A DNA stretch of 64,000 nt from an uncultured Pseudomonadales bacterium (lineage in GTDB: Bacteria; Patescibacteriota; Microgenomatia; UBA1400; UBA1396). Each line of letters begins with the position of its first letter. Positions within the stretch are counted from its first letter, which is position 1. The stretch lies in assembly GCA_964447905.1 (NCBI GenBank), contig CAYUUK010000002.1, positions 21,176 to 85,175 on the forward strand, given 5' to 3'. The notes under the pieces are model-generated. The model saw only the letters and a program-made list of their open reading frames with translations, had not been told where the DNA came from and did no database searches. This document shows, piece by piece, positions 29,443 to 39,092 of this stretch. A program made the translations under genes and the position numbers.

Positions 29443-31266
29443 TTATGTTTGCGCCACACGGAGCACTTCTTCAAGGGTCGTAATTCCTTCGAGTGCTTTG
29501 ATGTAGCCGTCTTGTTTCATAAGCATCATACCGTTTTCTGCCGCCGCATGTTCGATATCCGCTGCTGACTTCTGCTGCAAGATCATTTGACTGATTTCTT
29601 TGGTCACCGGCAGCACTTCAAAAATACCAACACGACCATGATACTCCGATACCGTACTGGCACGATCACTGCGAGCCCTACTCAAACGCACATCAGCCTC
29701 AGTAATATTTTTCTTCTGCAGATACTGTTCAAAAAGAGGACCGAGTGTTTGCCGAATATCTTGTAGTACTTCAGCGGGTGGAACGTACTCTTCCACCGCT
29801 TCAGGATTCAAGCGTCGAGCCACACGCTGGGCCATAACGAGCGTAATAGAAGAGGCTAAAAGGAACGGCTCAGCTTTCATATCAATTAAACGTGGCAACG
29901 CACCGGCAGCCGAGTTTGTGTGAACGGTTGAGAACACTAAGTGACCAGTCAAAGAAGCCTGAATAGCCAACTCCGCTGTCTCCTCATCACGAATTTCACC
30001 GACCATGATGATATTTGGATCCTGACGCAAGAAGGAACGCAGACCAGAAGCAAATGTTAAACCGGCTTGGGTATTCACCTGAACTTGATTGATACCTTCT
30101 AGCTGGTACTCCACCGGATCTTCCAGTGTCATGATGTTCACTTTTGGCGAATTGATTTTATTCAAAATAGAGTAGAGTGTCGTGGTTTTACCGGAACCAG
30201 TTGGACCCGTAACGAGCACAATTCCATGCGGAATTTGAATCGCTTCCTGCACACGATCGTACGCTAACCCAACCATGCCAAGTTCATTCAAAGAAGGCAT
30301 ATTTTCTGACTTCTGAAGCAAACGCATCACCACTTTTTCGCCATGCACAGTCGGCAGCGTGGAGACACGCAAATCAACTTCTTCCATACCAGAACGGAAG
30401 GTAAAACGTCCGTCCTGCGGGAGTCGTTTTTCGTCGATTTTGAGATCAGAAAGGATTTTGATACGAGACACTACGCCTTCGTGCACGGACTTTGGCAACA
30501 CTAACTTTTCTTGCAAAATACCATCAATACGGTAGCGAATACGGGTGCGCTCTTCCATTGGCTCAATATGCACGTCACTCGCTCGTGACTTGAGAGCAAA
30601 TGACAGCACCGTCTCGACAATCTTCGCAATTGGCGCCTCGCGCACTACTTCACCAGAAGCAATAGCTTTGTCTGTTTCACCAGCAACAAACACTTTTTTA
30701 CCGGTAAAACTCGAAGTATCCTTGAGAGCTTGTGATACTTCACTCGAAAGGCTCTGTGCATACCGCTCAGCAATGGCGCGCTGAATATCACTCGGCGCGG
30801 CAATGCTTGGTTTCATGCGCAAGCCAGTTTTGCGCTCTACAAACTCAACTGCTTGCAAGTCCAAAGGATCAGACATCACCACCGAGAGCTCTTTATTCTC
30901 TCGATCCAGTCGAAACGGAAGTATTCCATACTGCTTGGCAATACCATCGGGCACTTGTGAAAGCGCTTCCGGGGAAGCACCAATCGTATCGATATCAACC
31001 AAAGGAATGTTATAGAGAATTGATTTTGCCTCTGTGAGCGCTTGTTCGCTCACGTAACCCTTTTCTTCTAAAATGGCATCTGGACTTTTCCCAGTGCGGA
31101 TTTGCTCGAGTGAAATGTCATCAGACTGAATCGGGGTCAACTTTCCCTGGTCCAAAAGGACCTCAACTAAGGTTGAGTATCGTTTTCGGGCAGCACCTTG
31201 GCCTCCTTGCAGAGGAGAGAGTGGTGCGCCACTTGCCGAAGGAACCGCTTGGGCAGGCTGATTCAT
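29443..31266 (-). CDS. pilB: Type IV pilus extension ATPase PilB/GspE
   Basis: ASDVHIEP, RLPQDGR, GPTGSGKTT, LRQDPN and GEIRD motifs; no tetracysteine motif seen. Confidence 0.96.
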   Translation of the reverse strand: MNQPAQAVPSASGAPLSPLQGGQGAARKRYSTLVEVLLDQGKLTPIQSDDISLEQIRTGKSPDAILEEKGYVSEQALTEAKSILYNIPLVDIDTIGASPEALSQVPDGIAKQYGILPFRLDRENKELSVVMSDPLDLQAVEFVERKTGLRMKPSIAAPSDIQRAIAERYAQSLSSEVSQALKDTSSFTGKKVFVAGETDKAIASGEVVREAPIAKIVETVLSFALKSRASDVHIEPMEERTRIRYRIDGILQEKLVLPKSVHEGVVSRIKILSDLKIDEKRLPQDGRFTFRSGMEEVDLRVSTLPTVHGEKVVMRLLQKSENMPSLNELGMVGLAYDRVQEAIQIPHGIVLVTGPTGSGKTTTLYSILNKINSPKVNIMTLEDPVEYQLEGINQVQVNTQAGLTFASGLRSFLRQDPNIIMVGEIRDEETAELAIQASLTGHLVFSTVHTNSAAGALPRLIDMKAEPFLLASSITLVMAQRVARRLNPEAVEEYVPPAEVLQDIRQTLGPLFEQYLQKKNITEADVRLSRARSDRASTVSEYHGRVGIFEVLPVTKEISQMILQQKSAADIEHAAAENGMMLMKQDGYIKALEGITTLEEVLRVAQT

Positions 31267-31389
31267 ACCTTCATGGTACGCGAAGAATGCAAAGAAATCC
31301 AGACTGATGAATACCAACTCAGTAGACTTCAGAATTCGTGTTTGCCCCAGGGAATACAAAACTCCCGTTCACCGTGCTACGCTATTGGT

Positions 31390-32076
31390 ATGAATAACGG
31401 CTCATTGCCTCTGAGTAGTGAAGTATTTGATGAATCTGCAGCCAGCACAACGAGCAGCGCAAACAGCACAAACGCCTCTGCTCAACAACAGGTTCTGCAA
31501 AATCTCATGGGGAACGGAAGCTCCCAACGCACGCAAGCTCCGCCAATGCACGGCGGACCACAAGGAATTCAAACACCGAAATCTACTGAGATGTCGCAAG
31601 CTCGCCAGCTCCTCTCACCAATTGCACTCATTCGTGCCGCCTCAGAACAAATCTTTGGAGCAACCACACCAGAAGAGCAGCAAAAGCAGCAACAGCGCCT
31701 GGCAAAAGACCATGAGGCCATGGCGAGAAATAAACAAGAGTTAGAGGCATATCGGCAAAAGCAGCGAATGGGCCGGCAACAACAAGCGCAAGAAAACGCG
31801 GCACTATCCCAACAAGTTGAGTCACTGCGCAACTCACCGAGCCATCATATTGGCAGTAGCAAAACCGAAAGCGCACTCCTGCAGAAAATTGCTCAAGATG
31901 GTCAGGCTGCGAGTAAGAAGCAAAGTGGCATGCGCATGCCGCAATCCACGCCAAAAGGTCCTGCTGCGCAAGGAAATGGCGCAGCCAAAACCGACATGAT
32001 CGCGGCCATGATGCCAGAACAGAAAAAATCGAAGCAATCCGAACCAGCGATGATTGAGCTACCACTGGGCGAGTAA
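31390..32076 (+). CDS. Hypothetical Gln/Ser/Ala-rich protein with coiled coil
   Basis: ORF divergent from pilB, ATG 6 nt after TACGCT; no recognised domain. Confidence 0.7.
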   Translation: MNNGSLPLSSEVFDESAASTTSSANSTNASAQQQVLQNLMGNGSSQRTQAPPMHGGPQGIQTPKSTEMSQARQLLSPIALIRAASEQIFGATTPEEQQKQQQRLAKDHEAMARNKQELEAYRQKQRMGRQQQAQENAALSQQVESLRNSPSHHIGSSKTESALLQKIAQDGQAASKKQSGMRMPQSTPKGPAAQGNGAAKTDMIAAMMPEQKKSKQSEPAMIELPLGE

Positions 32077-32159
32077 TTTTTCACACTATTCACAGCCAAG
32101 AAAGTTCGTACTCAGTATGAAGCGTAGCCCTTTCACTGGTGCGATACAATACACTTGCT

Positions 32160-32924
32160 ATGCTGCAGATCAAAAACCTCCATGCCTCAATAGATGACAC
32201 GCCAATTTTGCGTGGTGTCTCTCTCGCGATTCGTCCTGGTGAAGTGCACGCCATCATGGGTCCGAACGGTTCTGGAAAATCAACTTTGGCATACACCCTG
32301 GCAGGGCATCCAGCGTATACCGTTGATGAAGTACACTCGGAATTACTGCTTGATAGCGAAAACATGCTCAACATGTCACCCGATGAACGAGCAAAAAATG
32401 GGGTCTTTCTGGCGTTTCAGTATCCCACAGAGATTCCGGGTATTAGTGTGCAGAATTTTCTGCGAGCCATGTGGGAAGCACGCTTTGGTCCGCTGAAAGA
32501 CAACCCTCAGAAAATATTTCCTTCGTTCCTGGCATTTCGTCAGTACCTGCAAGAACAGGCGGAAACGTTACGCATTTCACCTGATCTACTCACTCGCAAC
32601 CTCAACGAAGGCTTTTCCGGAGGAGAGCGCAAACGCGTCGAGATACTGCAAATGACCCTTTTCCGCCCACGCTATGCCATTTTGGATGAAACCGATTCCG
32701 GTTTAGACATTGACGCTCTCAAAATTGTGGCGGAAGGCGCTCAAAAAAGTGCCCAGGATGCCAACACCGGCATTCTCCTCATCACTCACTACCAGCGAAT
32801 TTTAGAGTTTATTCAACCAGACTTCGTTCATATTATGGTGAACGGCCAGATAGTGAAAAACGGTGAAAAGGAACTTGCTCAAGAACTCGAAAACACCGGC
32901 TACAAACCCTACCTTACAGAGTAA
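32160..32924 (+). CDS. sufC: Fe-S cluster assembly ATPase SufC
   Basis: GPNGSGKST, FLAFQYP, NEGFSGGERKR, LDETDSGLDIDAL and ITHYQR motifs. Confidence 0.97.
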   Translation: MLQIKNLHASIDDTPILRGVSLAIRPGEVHAIMGPNGSGKSTLAYTLAGHPAYTVDEVHSELLLDSENMLNMSPDERAKNGVFLAFQYPTEIPGISVQNFLRAMWEARFGPLKDNPQKIFPSFLAFRQYLQEQAETLRISPDLLTRNLNEGFSGGERKRVEILQMTLFRPRYAILDETDSGLDIDALKIVAEGAQKSAQDANTGILLITHYQRILEFIQPDFVHIMVNGQIVKNGEKELAQELENTGYKPYLTE

Positions 32925-32928
32925 CCTC

Positions 32929-34356
32929 ATGGCTCGATTCGCACCCCTCAAATCAGCTCAGAACACTTGGTCGCAAGGCGATGCCTACGAGCATGGCTAC
33001 TCCTTTAGCACCGAAGACTACGCGGTTATTACCGATCCTGGCCTGGACCAGCGCACAGTGGAGCTTATCTCCCATCACAAAGTTGAACCTGACTGGATGC
33101 TCCAGCAACGCGTCAATGCCTTCCGCTTTTTTGAAAAAAAACCACTCCCAACTTGGGGCGCCGACCTCTCTGGCATCGATTTTAACGCTATCCACTACTA
33201 CCTCCGCCCAAGCAATCAAGCCTTCAAAACCTGGGCTGAAATCCCGGAAGATATGAAACAAACCTTTGAGCGAATTGGTGTGCCGCAAGCCGAGAGAGAA
33301 GTGCTAGCCGGCGTCAAAATGCAGTACGACAGCGAGGTCATCTACGGTTCACTCAAAGAAACCTGGGAAAAAGACGGCGTTATTTTCTTGTCGATGGACG
33401 AGGGATTACGCCAGTATCCTGATCTGGTCAAAGAGTATTTTGGAAAGATTATTCCATCTGCCGACAACAAATTTGCTGCTTTGAACACCGCGGTGTGGAG
33501 CGGTGGCTCGTTTGTGTATGTGCCGCCTGGAGTGAAAGTCAGCATGCCCCTGCAAACGTATTTCCGCATTAACGCCCCCAATGCCGGTCAGTTTGAGCGC
33601 ACACTCATTATCGTGGATGAAGGAGCCGAGGTGCACTACATCGAGGGCTGTACCGCGCCAGCCTACCAGGCGAGTTCTCTCCATTCTGCCGTCGTGGAGA
33701 TTGTCGTGAAAAAAGGTGCCCGCTGCCAGTACACCACTGTGCAAAACTGGTATAAAACGGTCTACAACTTGGTAACCAAACGCGCCGTGGTGGAAGAAGA
33801 AGGTGAAATGATCTGGACAGATTTCAACATGGGCAGCAAAGTGACCATGAAGTATCCGAGCTGTATTCTGAAGGGCAAAGGTGCCCGCGGCGAAGTACTT
33901 TCTATGGCGGTGGCCGGAGCAGGCCAGCACCAAGACACCGGCAGTAAAGCCATCCACTTGGCTCCGTACACAAGTTCGTCAATTACCTCTAAATCGATTA
34001 GTAAAAACGGCGGGCGCGCGGGCTATCGCGGTTTAGTCGAGGTCGGGCCACTGGCGCACCATTCCAAAAACAAAGTCGTTTGCGATGCTTTGCTCCTTGA
34101 TGAACATAGCCGGTCCGACACATATCCAACCGAGCGGGTGAAAAACCAGCACGTCAAACTCGAACACGAAGCCACCGTCAGCCGCATTGGCGAAGAACAG
34201 CTCTTCTACTTAATGAGCCGCGGACTTTCCGAAGAAGAAGCGAGTAAAATGATCGTGCGCGGCTTCACCGAACCGCTGATCAAAAAACTCCCGCTGGAGT
34301 ACGCTGTAGAAATGAATCGCCTTATCGACATGGAAATGGAAGGTTCGATCGGCTAA
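32929..34356 (+). CDS. sufB: Fe-S cluster assembly protein SufB
   Basis: DNKFAALN, GQFERTLI, YIEGCTAP, LHSAVVE, TMKYPS, HEATVS and FYLMSRG motifs. Confidence 0.97.
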   Translation: MARFAPLKSAQNTWSQGDAYEHGYSFSTEDYAVITDPGLDQRTVELISHHKVEPDWMLQQRVNAFRFFEKKPLPTWGADLSGIDFNAIHYYLRPSNQAFKTWAEIPEDMKQTFERIGVPQAEREVLAGVKMQYDSEVIYGSLKETWEKDGVIFLSMDEGLRQYPDLVKEYFGKIIPSADNKFAALNTAVWSGGSFVYVPPGVKVSMPLQTYFRINAPNAGQFERTLIIVDEGAEVHYIEGCTAPAYQASSLHSAVVEIVVKKGARCQYTTVQNWYKTVYNLVTKRAVVEEEGEMIWTDFNMGSKVTMKYPSCILKGKGARGEVLSMAVAGAGQHQDTGSKAIHLAPYTSSSITSKSISKNGGRAGYRGLVEVGPLAHHSKNKVVCDALLLDEHSRSDTYPTERVKNQHVKLEHEATVSRIGEEQLFYLMSRGLSEEEASKMIVRGFTEPLIKKLPLEYAVEMNRLIDMEMEGSIG

Positions 34357-34375
34357 TACGATCAAGAAAGGAAGC

Positions 34376-35080
34376 ATGTTTACCGCTCATACACTCCACC
34401 AGCAAGCACAAGAGTTCCGAGAACAAGCGCAATCAGTGGAAGCCCTTGCGCTGTACGAAAAAGCTCTTGTGGAGTATATTTCTGAACAAGATGCTGAAGG
34501 AATCATTCGCGTACTTTTAGAAAAAGTTATTACCTATCGACATCTTTTTTTCTTTACCAAGCAGTATATCTACATCGAGCTTGCAGCTACAACCTTGCAG
34601 ATGGCGGAACACATGGCAAACCTCAATAAAGAATTGCTCGATTCTGAACTGCACGCAACCGTGATCTTCCACATTGCCCAAATAACAGAAGCCATGGGAG
34701 AGTCCGAAGAAGCAGTGCAAGTGTATGAAGAAGCACTTGAATATCTTCCCAAAGAAATGACAGCTAACAAAGCCAATATACTCTCGCATCTTGCGCTCAG
34801 CGAATGGCACAGTGGCAAAAAAGAAGACGCGATGAAACATTTTTCTGAAGCGCATAATTATCTTGAAACGAACAGTGAAACACAAGATGCTCAGACAAAT
34901 ATTATTTGGCTATCTGGATCACATCTGCTTCAGGCAGAAGCTGTATGCGAAACAAATGTTAAGGAAGCACTTCAGCACATAAAAGTGGTTAAAAAACTTC
35001 TCAATTCAGAAGAGGAATACCCCATTCGCTGGAAACAAATGAGAGAGATTGAGGAGCGCATTGAAAAAGACACTGCCTGA
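34376..35080 (+). CDS. TPR-like helical repeat protein
   Basis: Repeated TPR-like helices (ALALYEKAL, AVQVYEEALE, AMKHFSEA). Confidence 0.7.
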   Translation: MFTAHTLHQQAQEFREQAQSVEALALYEKALVEYISEQDAEGIIRVLLEKVITYRHLFFFTKQYIYIELAATTLQMAEHMANLNKELLDSELHATVIFHIAQITEAMGESEEAVQVYEEALEYLPKEMTANKANILSHLALSEWHSGKKEDAMKHFSEAHNYLETNSETQDAQTNIIWLSGSHLLQAEAVCETNVKEALQHIKVVKKLLNSEEEYPIRWKQMREIEERIEKDTA

Positions 35081-35612
35081 CTACTATATTCCAGTGACCA
35101 CGAATGAAGCGCCACAAGTACTGTTGCTCGAAAGGCCTGGTCACTACCGTGTAGAACTACTTGATCCCGGAATAGAACTGCGTATTCGAGGTGGTTGGCA
35201 TCTTACTGGTTCAGATGAGAAAAACATAACTCTCGATATCGTGCATAAAGCACCTCACACTCGTTCTGAAACACTTTTGCGAGGAGTAGTAGAGGACTCA
35301 GCACATCTTATGTTAAGCGGAACAATTATTGTTTCGCCACAGGCTCAAAATACAAATGCTTTTTTGACGGAGAATATTTTATTGCTTTCTGATGATGCTC
35401 ATGCAGAAGCTGTTCCGAACCTAGAAATTAGTGCCAATGAAGTAAAATGCTCACACGCTGCCACAGTGACCAATATCGATGATGAACACCTCTTCTATTT
35501 CGGCGCCCGCGGCATTGATCCTACCACAGCGAAATCAATGATAATTTCTGGATTTTTATCGGAAATACACGAGGGAATTTCTCCTACCAGCCTGATCCAA
35601 ACCCCGCTATAA
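35061..35612 (+). CDS. sufD: Short SufD-like protein
   Basis: LLLSDDAHAEAVPNLEI..VKCSHAATV..LFYFGARGI; TTG start after GAGGAG. Confidence 0.88.
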   Translation: MKKTLPDYYIPVTTNEAPQVLLLERPGHYRVELLDPGIELRIRGGWHLTGSDEKNITLDIVHKAPHTRSETLLRGVVEDSAHLMLSGTIIVSPQAQNTNAFLTENILLLSDDAHAEAVPNLEISANEVKCSHAATVTNIDDEHLFYFGARGIDPTTAKSMIISGFLSEIHEGISPTSLIQTPL

Positions 35613-35619
35613 TACGCCC

Positions 35620-36522
35620 ATGGTACTCTTAAGCGGACAAGCGAATCCACACCTGGCAAAAGCAGTGGCCGAAAAGCTCGGCGCCACAGCTGGAGAAGTT
35701 GATATTCAAAAATTTAAAAATGGCGAAAAAAGTCTACGTATTGTCACGCCTGTACGTGACGAACACGTGGTTATCATTCAATCGCTTTCCAATCCAGTCG
35801 ACGAGCACTTTGTCGAACTCTTACTGTTGATAGATGCCGCTGAGCGCGCTGGAGCCGCTGAAACCACCGTCGTCATGCCCTGGATGGGATACTCCTTACA
35901 GGACAAAACTTTCCAAGATGGTATGCCCATGTCCGCCCGTGTTATTGCGGACAGTATTTCGCACCAACACGTACATCAGGTTGTTTTAGCGGATTTACAC
36001 AACCCCAGCGTGGCGGGATTCTACTCGGTACCCACTCGTATTTTGAATACTTTCCCTTTGTTTGCCCAACATATTCGCCAACACGTTGACCAAGATTTTG
36101 TCGTGGTTGCACCGGACTTTGGCGGCCTGAAACGCGCTCATTCCTACGCGCAACAACTCAACGCCCCGCTAGCGCATATCGAAAAAACTCGTAACCTGGA
36201 AACCGGCGAAGTCACTATTCATTCTTTAACCGGTGCCGACATTCAAGGCAAAGCCTGTATCGTTATTGACGACGTAGTCAGCACTGGCTCGACAGTAGTC
36301 GAAGTAGCCGAAGCGCTCGAACAAGCAGGCGCCAAAAGTAGCCATTTTTACGTGACCCACTTTTTATACGTACCAAAATCGCTTGAGAGACTGACCAACA
36401 GTCCGCTCAACAGCATTGTGATCACCGACTCCGTGTCTCCGTCCGGGGGCTTCCCCGAATCCCCGAAACTCACCATGTTGTCCTTAGCGGACACCATTAC
36501 CAACGAACTCAAAACACACTAA
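35620..36522 (+). CDS. prs: Ribose-phosphate pyrophosphokinase
   Basis: FKNGE, DLH, VVAPDFGG and IDDVVSTGST PRPP-binding loop. Confidence 0.95.
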   Translation: MVLLSGQANPHLAKAVAEKLGATAGEVDIQKFKNGEKSLRIVTPVRDEHVVIIQSLSNPVDEHFVELLLLIDAAERAGAAETTVVMPWMGYSLQDKTFQDGMPMSARVIADSISHQHVHQVVLADLHNPSVAGFYSVPTRILNTFPLFAQHIRQHVDQDFVVVAPDFGGLKRAHSYAQQLNAPLAHIEKTRNLETGEVTIHSLTGADIQGKACIVIDDVVSTGSTVVEVAEALEQAGAKSSHFYVTHFLYVPKSLERLTNSPLNSIVITDSVSPSGGFPESPKLTMLSLADTITNELKTH

Positions 36523-36540
36523 CGCACACAGAAAGACACC

Positions 36541-37809
36541 ATGTTAGACATTCAATACATTCGCGAGCACGCGGACCATCTCAAAGCCGCCGCCGCCAAC
36601 AAACAACTCAATCCAGAAGTGGTAGACACCGTTCTCAAAATTGACGAACAACGCCGCAACCTCATCAAGACCGTGGAAGACCTCCGGCGCCAAAGCAACG
36701 AACTGCAACGCGGCATCAAAGGTCGTCGCCCAACTGAAGAAGAAATGGCTCAAGGCAAAGAGCTAAAAACCCAGCTCAAAGAAGTCGAGCCACAGCTCAA
36801 AGAAATCGCAGACCAGTTCACTCTGGCCATGCTCGCAGTGCCAAATCCAGCCAGTGACGACACACCAGTTGGCAAAGACGAAGAGGGCAACGTGGTTGTT
36901 CGTACCGAAGGCCAAAAACCAACCTACGACTTCCAGCCCAAAACCCACGACCAACTCATGACCGAAATGGGCGGTCTCGATACCGAACGCGCCGTAAAAA
37001 TTGCCGGGAGCCGTGCCTATTTCTTGCGCGGTGACATCATGCTTTTAGAACAGGCGCTGCTACAATTCGCGCTCAAGCTCATGGTCAGCCACGGCTTTAC
37101 ACCCCACGCTGTTCCGGTCATGGTCAAAGAACAGGCCTTTATTAACACCGGCTACGGCCCATGGGGCATGGACGATATCTACCGCAACCAAGACGGCGAG
37201 GGATTGATCGGTACCGCCGAGGTTCCACTGACTGCCTACTACCAAGACGAAATCCTGCGTGAAGATGATTTACCAATCAAAATGGTTGGCATGAGCCCGT
37301 GTTTCCGCCGCGAAGTGGGCAGCTATGGCAAAGACACCCAAGGCGTCTTACGCGTGCATACCTTCAATAAAGTGGAACAAGTGGTCTACACCGTGGCCGA
37401 TGAAGCAGTCACCCGCGAGTGGCATGAAAAAATGCTCGGCTTCTCGGAAGAACTGTTGCAAAAACTCGGCCTCCATTATCAAGTGCTCTTAATGTGTACG
37501 GGCGACATGGGAGCCGGCCAACGCCGCAAATTCGACATCGAAACCTGGTTCCCCGGACAAGACCGCTTCCGCGAAACCCACTCGGACAGCTACTTCAATG
37601 ATTTCCAAGCTCGCCGCTTAAACATTCGCTACCAGGCCAAAGACGGCACTATTAAACATGTGTACACGCTCAACAACACAGTAGCCGCTACGCCACGCCT
37701 TTTGGCGGCGGTGGTCGAGAACTACCAACAGGCTGATGGTTCGATCGTGGTACCGGAGGTGTTAAGGGAGTTTATGGGGAAAGAGAAGATCAGAGCTACA
37801 GAGCAGTGA
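36541..37809 (+). CDS. serS: Seryl-tRNA synthetase
   Basis: MLDI, GTAEVP, CFRREVG, RVHTFNKVEQ, DFQARRL and LNNT motifs. Confidence 0.98.
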   Translation: MLDIQYIREHADHLKAAAANKQLNPEVVDTVLKIDEQRRNLIKTVEDLRRQSNELQRGIKGRRPTEEEMAQGKELKTQLKEVEPQLKEIADQFTLAMLAVPNPASDDTPVGKDEEGNVVVRTEGQKPTYDFQPKTHDQLMTEMGGLDTERAVKIAGSRAYFLRGDIMLLEQALLQFALKLMVSHGFTPHAVPVMVKEQAFINTGYGPWGMDDIYRNQDGEGLIGTAEVPLTAYYQDEILREDDLPIKMVGMSPCFRREVGSYGKDTQGVLRVHTFNKVEQVVYTVADEAVTREWHEKMLGFSEELLQKLGLHYQVLLMCTGDMGAGQRRKFDIETWFPGQDRFRETHSDSYFNDFQARRLNIRYQAKDGTIKHVYTLNNTVAATPRLLAAVVENYQQADGSIVVPEVLREFMGKEKIRATEQ

Positions 37810-37957
37810 TTAAATAGCAATAAATTGGAACAACTCGAAAGTGAACACCTAACCCTCTCTGCTTGATATAATGTTAGGTTTGATACCAACTTCAGTATTA
37901 ACTTTTATTGTGGTAACTATGTAGATGTGTCCCGTAGAAAAGACCGGTTTATGAAAA

Positions 37958-38320
37958 CTATCCTCTTAAAAAGAAAACTGCACCACCACTAATTAGGGCA
38001 ATTATAATTGTCCAGACCACAAAACCAACTTGCTTCGCATACCTTGCCAGAGCTTTTCTATCAGATTGATCTATAAAGTCCGAAAGTGTTGTTCTCAAGT
38101 TATCGTCTGTTTTTAGTTGTGCAACCAGAACTTCTGAAAACATTTCTCTGTATTTTACGGCGTTTCTAGAGCATTCAAGAAAAGTGTTGGCGATACTCTC
38201 GTTACTACCAAAATTAGACTGCATTGTTGCTGCCCAATCAAACAGCTTAGCAATTTCCTGTTCATGCTTATCAGTTTTTTGAGTAAGCTCGTCTGGATTG
38301 AAGTCAGTCTTTTTTGCCAT
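37958..38320 (-). CDS. Hypothetical protein with C-terminal TM helix (AT-rich island)
   Basis: 120-aa ORF ending VGFVVWTIIIALISGGAVFFLRG; 5 nt downstream of the preceding ORF. Confidence 0.7.
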   Translation of the reverse strand: MAKKTDFNPDELTQKTDKHEQEIAKLFDWAATMQSNFGSNESIANTFLECSRNAVKYREMFSEVLVAQLKTDDNLRTTLSDFIDQSDRKALARYAKQVGFVVWTIIIALISGGAVFFLRG

Positions 38321-38325
38321 GACTA

Positions 38326-38568
38326 TCACTCTTCTTTTTTGAGCAAGCTATCGGCAGGTGAGAGTGCTACTTTTTTCCCATTTTCGGTAACATATACAGC
38401 GTTATCTTTAGCTTTGGTTAAAACAGCAAGGGCAAATCTTAAGACACTTGGCTCATCAACAAATTTCCATTCTTCCATGATTTTTTGTAGCGCCTCTAAG
38501 TCACCGTTATCAATCTCAAGGATAATTTTACCAGCCTTAGAGTCGTTAGAAATTTTCTTAATTGCCAT
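38326..38568 (-). CDS. Small hypothetical protein, possibly ribbon-helix-helix-like
   Basis: Strand-helix-helix pattern (IILEID..LEALQKIMEEW..SVLRFALAVL); TATACT 7 nt before ATG. Confidence 0.65.
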   Translation of the reverse strand: MAIKKISNDSKAGKIILEIDNGDLEALQKIMEEWKFVDEPSVLRFALAVLTKAKDNAVYVTENGKKVALSPADSLLKKEE

Positions 38569-38665
38569 ATTAATAAGTATACACTAATTAGAAAATTAAA
38601 AGGAACTTAATTCGGGTTTTCTCTGGATTTACTTCAATATTCATTGTATACTATGCTACTCTCAA

Positions 38666-39092
38666 CAGCATCTTTGTGAGAACGTAATGTTTTCCATGGA
38701 TCTGTCGGGTTTATAAACTAAACAAAAGCCTCAGCTGGATCCGCTAGATTTTGCTGGGGTTTTTTGTTGCTTTTGGCTTTTTCTTCACCTTTCGATAAAT
38801 GGGAAAGCACTTCTTCCCATAGTTCTTGGCGTAAATCACTTTACCGCCTTTTACCCGCCTACTGGCGAAACAGCCGATATAAACATAATCGACATTTTGT
38901 GGGTTTGTGTTTTGGGATAAGTTCTCCATAGGAGTCCTTTCTCTTGTAGACAGACCCACAGGTGCAGTACGTCCTCACAAAAATGCTGAAAATTGTTGAA
39001 AAATGAATATAGTTATTCCCTGTGTTGATGACCAGCCGATGAAAGCCGTCCGAATAGGCCAGTAGAAACTGGCCATCAACGCAGAGAACAAC
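38666..39092 (-). ncRNA. Candidate structured RNA or structured mRNA enclosing a small ORF
   Basis: 21-bp and 13-bp long-range helices plus a 26-bp hairpin, with nearly all non-WC positions being G-U on the minus strand. Confidence 0.55.
38744..38929 (-). CDS. 61-aa Lys-rich hypothetical protein
   Basis: MENLSQ..GKVIYAKNYGKKCFPIYRKVKKK; SD-like AAAGGA 5 nt before ATG. Confidence 0.65.
   Translation of the reverse strand: MENLSQNTNPQNVDYVYIGCFASRRVKGGKVIYAKNYGKKCFPIYRKVKKKPKATKNPSKI

Noticed and set aside
37912-37933. ggtaactatgtagatgtgtccc as a possible IS1595 terminal inverted repeat
   Set aside because: No convincing partner repeat or target-site duplication was found at the other end of the island.
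39030-39075. Hammerhead-like ccgatga...gaaac on the plus strand
   Set aside because: The core is CCGAUGA rather than CUGAUGA, the flanks pair directly with each other leaving no third stem or NUH site, and the G-U bias favours the minus strand.
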